Below the pieces are notes generated by a model. That model saw only the letters and a list, made by a program, of their open reading frames with translations, ran no database searches and was not told where the DNA came from. A DNA stretch of 47,605 nt, counting the filler, from Streblomastix strix (lineage: Eukaryota): assembly GCA_008636045.1 (NCBI GenBank). It is 2 parts of 2 records of this genome, joined end to end, with 100 filler letters (N's around TTAATTAATTAA, not from the genome) between each part and the next. Parts side by side here need not be neighbours in the genome. Positions count along the whole stretch, not along the records: positions 23,868 to 47,605 come from SNRW01000264.1; 1 more part is not named here. One strand, given 5' to 3'. This document shows positions 41,795-47,605 of this stretch, one piece after another. How positions within the stretch are numbered: position 1 is the stretch's first letter; every line of letters begins with the position of its first letter. Position numbers and translations under genes: made by a program.

Positions 41795-42779
41795 TAGTGT
41801 TGGCTTAAAACGCTGTAAAATAATTTGCTGCGCGCGTCTCAGTATATTAAAAAAATCTTAAAACGCCTTAAATTCATGAAATTAGATTTTTAATATCATT
41901 TTTGTGTTGATTGGTATTAATTATCATGAATTATAATGGTTATTTAAAAAAATATATTTTTCTGAAGAATTTAACTGAATATTGATTAAAATCAAAGTTT
42001 GGCTTATATAGAATTCATTAAAAAATTATTTTTTGCAATTTTCATTTGGTTCTCAGCGACTATCAATAATTAATATAAATAATTTCAGTAATTTTGCTAT
42101 GAATGATATATCTAATTAAACAATATATCAATTTATATTTGATACATTTTATCCAAGAAAAGATAGCATAAACGCACCTTTTTAAAAAATTACAATTTGT
42201 ATCAGTATTTTTTCAATATCCAAAGGATTATAATATATCAAACATCTATAATAATCTTTAATATATACAAAATTTTTAAATATTTACATATACGAAAATA
42301 AATACTCACTTTATTTCAGCAAAATCTAAAAAGTGCTTAAAAGCGCTGAAAAAAATGCTTAAAAATGCTGCAAAAAGCGCAATAAAGCGCGGTGAGTTAA
42401 ATTCTCGAAGTAAATTAAAAATTTTTTTAAATTTGATAACGATTTATCAATTAAAGAGATAATATCTATTATTTATACTAATAATGACACTAAATACATT
42501 TGTAGGAGCGGAGTAAATTGAGTGCGAAAAATCAACTTTATTTTGAAACACGTACAATTCAGACTAATAATGAATAATAACGACGCTGTTTAAGAATTAA
42601 TTTTATAATTTGTCTAATTGATAAGTATTATTAACTCAAATAATAAAATAATTGTTTATTGATAGAAAAAAATTTCACCTTTTTTTAACTATTTATTGAA
42701 TGGATAACTTTAATTAGAGCGCTTTTAATTTTGCGCTGCACGCGATTAACGCTCCTAAATGCGCATTTGTCCAACACTA
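41795..42779. mobile_element. Non-autonomous hAT element (MITE-like), 985 bp
   Basis: TIR TAGTGTTGG (41795-41803) ... CCAACACTA (42771-42779). Identical 8-bp flanks TTTTATTA at 41787-41794 and 42780-42787. Subterminal AAAA(G)CGC motifs; no ORF. Confidence 0.85.
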
Positions 42780-42837
42780 TTTTATTAAAAATTCAAAAGG
42801 AATGAAAACAAATTTCGATTAATATTTTTATTATTTT

Positions 42838-43480
42838 ATTTGGCTTTTCAGCTATCGAAATGTAACCCTAATGTTACTTTGGCGGTCACCCTCAAAATGA
42901 TTTGAAACTTTTTAACAATCTTATTTATATGCATTATTTTAGCGGTTGGATAGTCCCTAAAGGCGATTGGATTGTAGGAAATGTTACCTTTAAAAATGAT
43001 GAATAAAAGATTAATATGGAAGTTTGTTTGAGATTAATTGATTTAATATTAAAATTTGAAAAGAATATATAATTATAAATAAACAATTAGTGATTGTTTT
43101 GTTAATTAAATTTTATATTTTTCGTTTATAAACTTAAATTTGATATGATATCTCTTCCTCACACATTAACATTCTTTATAAACGATGTAGAACAACCAAT
43201 TTATATTTCAAATATTCCAGCAGCTGTAAGACTTCATGGTACTTAGAATTTCTATATATAAATAATATTTATGCATACATTAATTGTTCACTATTTTTTT
43301 ATATAAAATTTTTTATTATTCTTCTTTCACTGATTATTTTTTAATCAAAATATAGGGTTACATAGTAAAATAACGATCCTCTTTCAAAATACTCGACTTT
43401 GAATATTTCTCAACGCAAACAGCAAAACATGACAGGTCTAAAATGTGTAAATGGAGTAAATATTAACAATTATGAAAAAT
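42838..43480 (+). pseudogene. Degenerate SPRY-like family gene fragment
   Basis: KGDWIVGNVTFKNDEQKINME / DMISLPHTLTFFINDVEQPIYISNIPAAVRLH / SSFKILDFEYFSTQTAKH aligns by eye with the gene at 43767-45209. Confidence 0.6.
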
Positions 43481-43766
43481 TTTATTATTCATTTTAAAAA
43501 GAATGTTATATTACGAAATAAATTCAAATCAATTCTATTAGTTGATTTGTTTATACTTATTTTCCTTTTCAATTTATTATTTTATGCTCAATATTTAAAC
43601 TATGAAAGCTGACATGAAATGAGTGAATATTTGAAAAAAAGAATAACCTCTTCTTTTTCATTTTGATTAAAATAAACAATAGTAATGTAATTCATTTTTC
43701 AATTTAAATCCATAAATTCGTCAGAGCGTTCGTATATTCACTCTTTCTCTCTCAATCTTCTTAATT

Positions 43767-45209
43767 TCAAAATCCCTCCACGAAATTAATCAGATCATCT
43801 TTTTAACGTCCAAATAATTCTTCTTCAAATGCATTTTCTTGATCTTTTTTCCATTACTTTCCCCATTCAAACTGTTTTGACCCTGGAACTCCATGAACAG
43901 ATGAACTAGTGAGACTTTCAAAGCGAGTCACTGTGAATGAACAATTAGCTTCTTCGAGGAAAGCCTGGAATTGGTTTATAGTTATATTGATATTCATATT
44001 ATTTAATAATATTAAATATATATTAGTAAAATTTTGACCTTTATAAAGACATTTATGTATAGTATATTACCGATAGTATACAAACCATAAATCTAACAGC
44101 AGGAGGAATATTGAACACCGAAAGAGGCTACTCAACTCCATCAACAAAGAAATGAGCTTTTCTTGGATTTGAACTCATATTTATTTCACATCCAACACGT
44201 TACCCACTTTTGAAGCTGGAGTTTCCTTCAATCATATCATTTCTTTATCCAATTCTGCCTTATTCAATATGAGATATGGACCCCCTGGTATAATAGATGA
44301 ATAGATGATATTAATATAGAAGTGTGAAATTTATAGTATTAAACATACCAAAATTCATGGCGGACGCTTTTCTTATCATCTGAAATAAAAATGTATTAAA
44401 TTAAATTATAATAATTAAAATATTAAATATTAATATTAATTTTTTATACTTTCATGTGTTTGGGGCCAAGTACCAGGACTATAGACAGCAGTTGGATCAG
44501 CAATTCCAATACCTAACAAATATAAAATAGAATAAAATTAATAGTTATTAAAAAACTAAAATTTGTTAAAAATAAAGCAACTATTATATATAATAAATAA
44601 AATACTAACAAATAATGCACACACAGAAGTACCACTTGTTCTTATTCTCAAAAATTCCTTCAAAGCGAACGATTCCCTCAGTAATAACTGGATCAAACAG
44701 ACATGTAGATAAGTTTTCATTATCTGATGCGTGGATTAATTTGTTCACTTCCCAATGTGTGTCAGTTAATAATGGAATGATAGGAGAGGGTGGGATCTTG
44801 ATCAACTGAGTAGGAGCTATATATGAATATTATGATAATAATATAAATTAAATTATTAAATAATTATTTATATTAATAAATTTAATAATTATTTCATTGA
44901 TTAATTCTATTTATATAAATAAAATTAGTTACAAAAACCTGGTGGAGAGCGTGAATGAGTTTTCTTCAACTATGGACTTGAAGGTGAATTGTCAATTTTC
45001 TCGATATTTACATTCAAAGGTCCATCATGAAACAGCTTTGCAGAAAATTGAGCCATTTTAGAAATAAAATTTTGCTTGTTATTTTCAATTTAGTTAAATT
45101 CAATTTTCTATTGGTCACTCTAGTCTATTTATTTGTTCTGTTCAATTTCATATTCTTTCAATTCTGATTTGATTCTTTCCACTTCCTAATCTATCTCAGA
45201 CATATTCAT
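43767..45209 (-). CDS. SPRY/B30.2-like domain protein, multi-exon
   Basis: ATG 45209, TGA 43769-43767, five introns. STCLFDPVITEGIVRFEGIF...IGIAD...IEGNSSFKSGQRVGCEINMSSNPRKAHFFVDGVEQPLSVFNIPPAVRF...FEWGKQW. Confidence 0.75.
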
Positions 45210-45827
45210 TGAAAAATCTATAAAAAGAAAAATATGTAAAAAAAAGTAAAGATTTTTTGTATTAATTAGGAAAAATAGTTCATTTTAACAAATATGTTTA
45301 GAAAATTTTAAATAATATTATGTATAATTGATGAAAAAATAGGTTCATGTGTAATATACGCAAAGAGTAGACGTTATTCGAATTAGTTTATAATTTTCAT
45401 TCTTTTCGATCTGCAGCTATGAAACAGTTATTAATGTATTAAAATCAATTTAATTTTAATAAAAAATAAAAGTATATACTGAAAAATAAATTTAAAAATG
45501 AAAAATATTCTTTGATTTGTCGAAAAATTGGATTTTTAATAATTTATTAAATTCAAGTATTGCAAATTGTCTCTCTGTTGAATTTACAATTTCTAGAATA
45601 GATTTTTATTTTCTATTGTAAATATTACCTAGGGGAAGCAAATCAGATTCTGCCATTTTCTCTGTTAATTTGATTCAATGATTTTGGGATGGTTTATTAT
45701 TGGAATATATTAATAAATGTGACATGATAAATATACATAGAAAACTACTGAATATTATAAAAAACATCAACATATAACTAAAATAAATCACTTTTTACAT
45801 ATTAAAATCTTAATTCGAAATGTATTT

Positions 45828-46650
45828 TCACTATTTAGTTGCAATTTAGGAATATTCAGGTACTGTCGTTGGATATGAAACTGCTTCTTATTAGTTAGGG
45901 AATTGCATGATCGGTTGTTACTGTTGAATTGGAAGGATTGAAGTAGGATTGTAATTACCTTATTGTACTATCTGCACTTATGCATTCGGATTTGCTCTTA
46001 AATATTCTTCAGCATTTTATACAACTATAATTATCTGTTGAGGTGGAGGTGCAATTGCGGCTGCTCTTTACTGAGCTTCTAAAAGTCTAATAGCATCAAT
46101 GGTTGGCTTGATAACCTCAATTATTGGAGAAAGTTCGCTTTGACCGAAGATTTCATCAGTTTAAACGATAAATTGACCCAATGAAACTACTGAAAATTTA
46201 TAGAAACAGCATCCTTTGATATTACTGATACTGGATATTCTATTTATAGCATATGTTTGTGCAAGTACTTTACTTTTGCAGCAGATTAAACGAAATATTG
46301 GATTTCGTACCTGAATTATTATATGTTAATAAAAAAATTATATGCAATAGTTATAAATAAATCAAAAAATTATAAATAAATTAAACATTTTCAACTGTAA
46401 TGGTCTTGTCATTTGGATTGTATGTGACTGTTGCTTTTATGTCATGTAATATTGTGAACAAACTCAAATAAAGCGATAAGAATATTAATATAGGACACAT
46501 TATCATGAAAAACCAGATTGGATCGTAAAAGAAGCTAAGAACAAGCATAATGATGAAAACAATACCAAGAAATAAACAAAACAGTCCAATTATCCACTGT
46601 TTTGATTTGCCAATAATTCGCAAAATTGGGTCATCGACACCAGTTTGCAT
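45828..46650 (-). CDS. Hypothetical 248-aa membrane protein, two N-terminal TM helices and a Pro/Gln-rich tail
   Basis: Exons 46650-46387 and 46310-45828 with a phase-0 GT-AG intron; hydrophobic WIIGLFCLFLGIVFIIMLVLSFF and IWFFMIMCPILIFLSLYLSLF; ends TAG TGA. Confidence 0.75.
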
Positions 46651-47605
46651 TGATGAAGTTAAATGAAACTAGCTAAGTAAAGAAATAAATATGATAATTA
46701 AAAAAATTAAGGATTTTATTATTGTGTAAAATTATGTTATATACTTAATGACTGTAACATAATATAATAAGATGAATTATTTAATAAATAAAATATTCTG
46801 TAGAAATAATTATGGAATTGATAAAATAAAATGTAATAATAAGCATGATTTCCCCAAAACGTGCAATTTTTAGAAAAAGACTTTTATTTAGTTAAATATC
46901 TTTATAAATTAATGGTAAATGTTTAAATTTTTTGATATAATTCAGTATAAAATATTTTTAATTTTAATATTTATAAATAATCAATATATTAAATATGAAA
47001 TGAAGCTTTAAATGTAATTATTTAATTTTCATATATAATTGGCAACAATAAATAGATATTTATAATAAATAAAGATTTAAAAAATATTAATGTTAAAATA
47101 TAATATTAAAACAACTTTCAAAAATTAATGAATAATAATAAAATATTGTGTAAAAAATAATTGCTTCTCCAAATAATCCAATTATATGTCAGGAAAAACG
47201 CTTTTGAGTTATTAATATTTTATAAATGTCAATTTGAAAATTATCGAGAAATCGAACAATTTTTTGAAACTATTCTTTTATTCAGATCTATTTTTGTTTG
47301 AATAATATACAGTCTGTTTTGTGTTTTTGTAAATCGTCAAGTTTTTTAATACAGTTTAACTTGGTAGTTGACTGACGCACAATTTGGTCGATTTTTTATA
47401 AATAAGTAATTAAAATAAATAATGAAAAGTGCAAATTTATAAAATTGTTTATTAAAACGTAAGTTCTATTCTTATGTCGGCCACAGTAGGTGAATTTAAG
47501 CTTAAAAAAATTTTAAAAAAAAATTTGTGCGAAAAAAGTTTGTTAAACATAAAAATAAAAGTTGAAATATATAGATAAATATAATATTTCCATAAATTCA
47601 GAATA

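Noticed and set aside
42860..43362. Inverted 11-mer atgtaacccta / tagggttacat as transposon ends
   Set aside because: The repeats face outward, there is no TSD, and both fall within exons or the acceptor site of the SPRY-like remnant

Overview
Very AT-rich eukaryotic genomic DNA with many short GT-AG introns and a non-standard code in which TAA/TAG encode Gln and only TGA stops, so the supplied ORF track is mostly fragments or antisense noise. The code, intron density, an EF-1alpha remnant and the gene families suggest an oxymonad such as Streblomastix strix (inference). The window is two contigs joined by an artificial 100-bp spacer (23768-23867). Contig 1 is gene-dense. It holds an importin-alpha-like ARM gene (5'-partial), a giant Q/S/N-rich GSAP/pigeon-like gene, a disrupted VPS13 N-terminal fragment, an F-box-like+SPRY-like gene, a catalytically dead GPI-type cathepsin-B-like gene, a two-domain cytidine deaminase, and a RING-H2 gene cut off by a 127-bp inverted duplication. 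Contig 2 is rich in pseudogenes and mobile DNA. It holds a Q/N-rich ORF, an EF-1alpha pseudogene, a beta-helix-like type I membrane protein gene, a 21-bp tandem array, an SH3 gene with a 432-bp internal duplication, an inositol 5-phosphatase pseudogene, a decayed hAT transposase, a 985-bp non-autonomous hAT element with TIRs and an 8-bp TSD, two more SPRY-like genes and a small membrane protein gene. All homology calls are from remembered motifs, not database searches. No RNA genes or CRISPR arrays were seen, and I found no convincing new multi-gene system.
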